The position numbers and the translations under genes were made by a program. Shown piece after piece: positions 38,058-38,132 of a stretch of 38,132 bases of DNA. The stretch is taken from assembly GCA_048884785.1 (NCBI GenBank), contig JBHLQM010000019.1, positions 13,772 to 51,903 on the forward strand, written 5' to 3'. The DNA comes from Candidatus Thorarchaeota archaeon (GTDB taxonomy: Archaea > Asgardarchaeota > Thorarchaeia > Thorarchaeales > Thorarchaeaceae). How positions within the stretch are numbered: the stretch's first letter is position 1; the number at the start of each line of letters is the position of its first letter. The notes under the pieces are model-generated. The model made no database searches, was not told where the DNA came from, and worked only from the letters and a program-made list of their open reading frames with translations.

Positions 38058-38132
38058 TGGTGGGCCGGAGGCGATTTGAACGCCCGACCTCTTGGATCCG
38101 AACCAAGAATCATACCAAGCTAGACTACCGAC
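38058..38132 (-). tRNA. tRNA-Pro(CGG), CCA encoded; about 2 nt at the 5' end cut off by the window edge
   Basis: Acceptor 3' strand CCGGCCC-A-CCA, D arm TAGTCTAGCTTGGTATGAT, anticodon stem CTTGG/CCAAG with loop TTCGGAT, T-loop GTTCAAATC. Confidence 0.93.

Overview
An archaeal chromosomal segment, probably from an Asgard archaeon such as a Thorarchaeia-like lineage. That assignment is inferred from gene content (split RpoA'/A'', Arf-like small GTPase, double-HTH Lrp regulator, G1PDH) and was not checked by database search. Core blocks: rpoA1(3' end)-rpoA2-rpl30e-nusA-rps12-rps7; a detached EF-1alpha gene; an intron-containing tRNA-Ser(GCT); SRP RNA; egsA-rpl7ae-rps28e-rpl24e-[inverted ndk]-infB; rpoD-rpl18e-rpl13-rps9-rpoN-rps2; a four-gene modified (Aeropyrum-type) mevalonate operon; a C5 methyltransferase/DUF2122 pair; tRNA-Pro(CGG) at the right edge. 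Accessory genes fill 4.1-12.1 kb and 13.6-21.6 kb. The most interesting signals are not in the ORF track. (i) A self-contained ~350-nt transcription unit at 6.4-6.8 kb encodes three coupled micro-ORFs (34, 26 and 40 aa), two of them apparent paralogs; its promoter sequence recurs at 13.66 kb ahead of a fourth micro-ORF. (ii) ~200-bp direct repeats containing an 11-7-11 palindromic site bracket a UbiA gene. (iii) The SRP RNA has a UGGC (URRC) helix-8 tetraloop. (iv) tRNA-Pro has A37. (v) There is a kink-turn over the rpl7ae SD and a long structured leader before rpoD.
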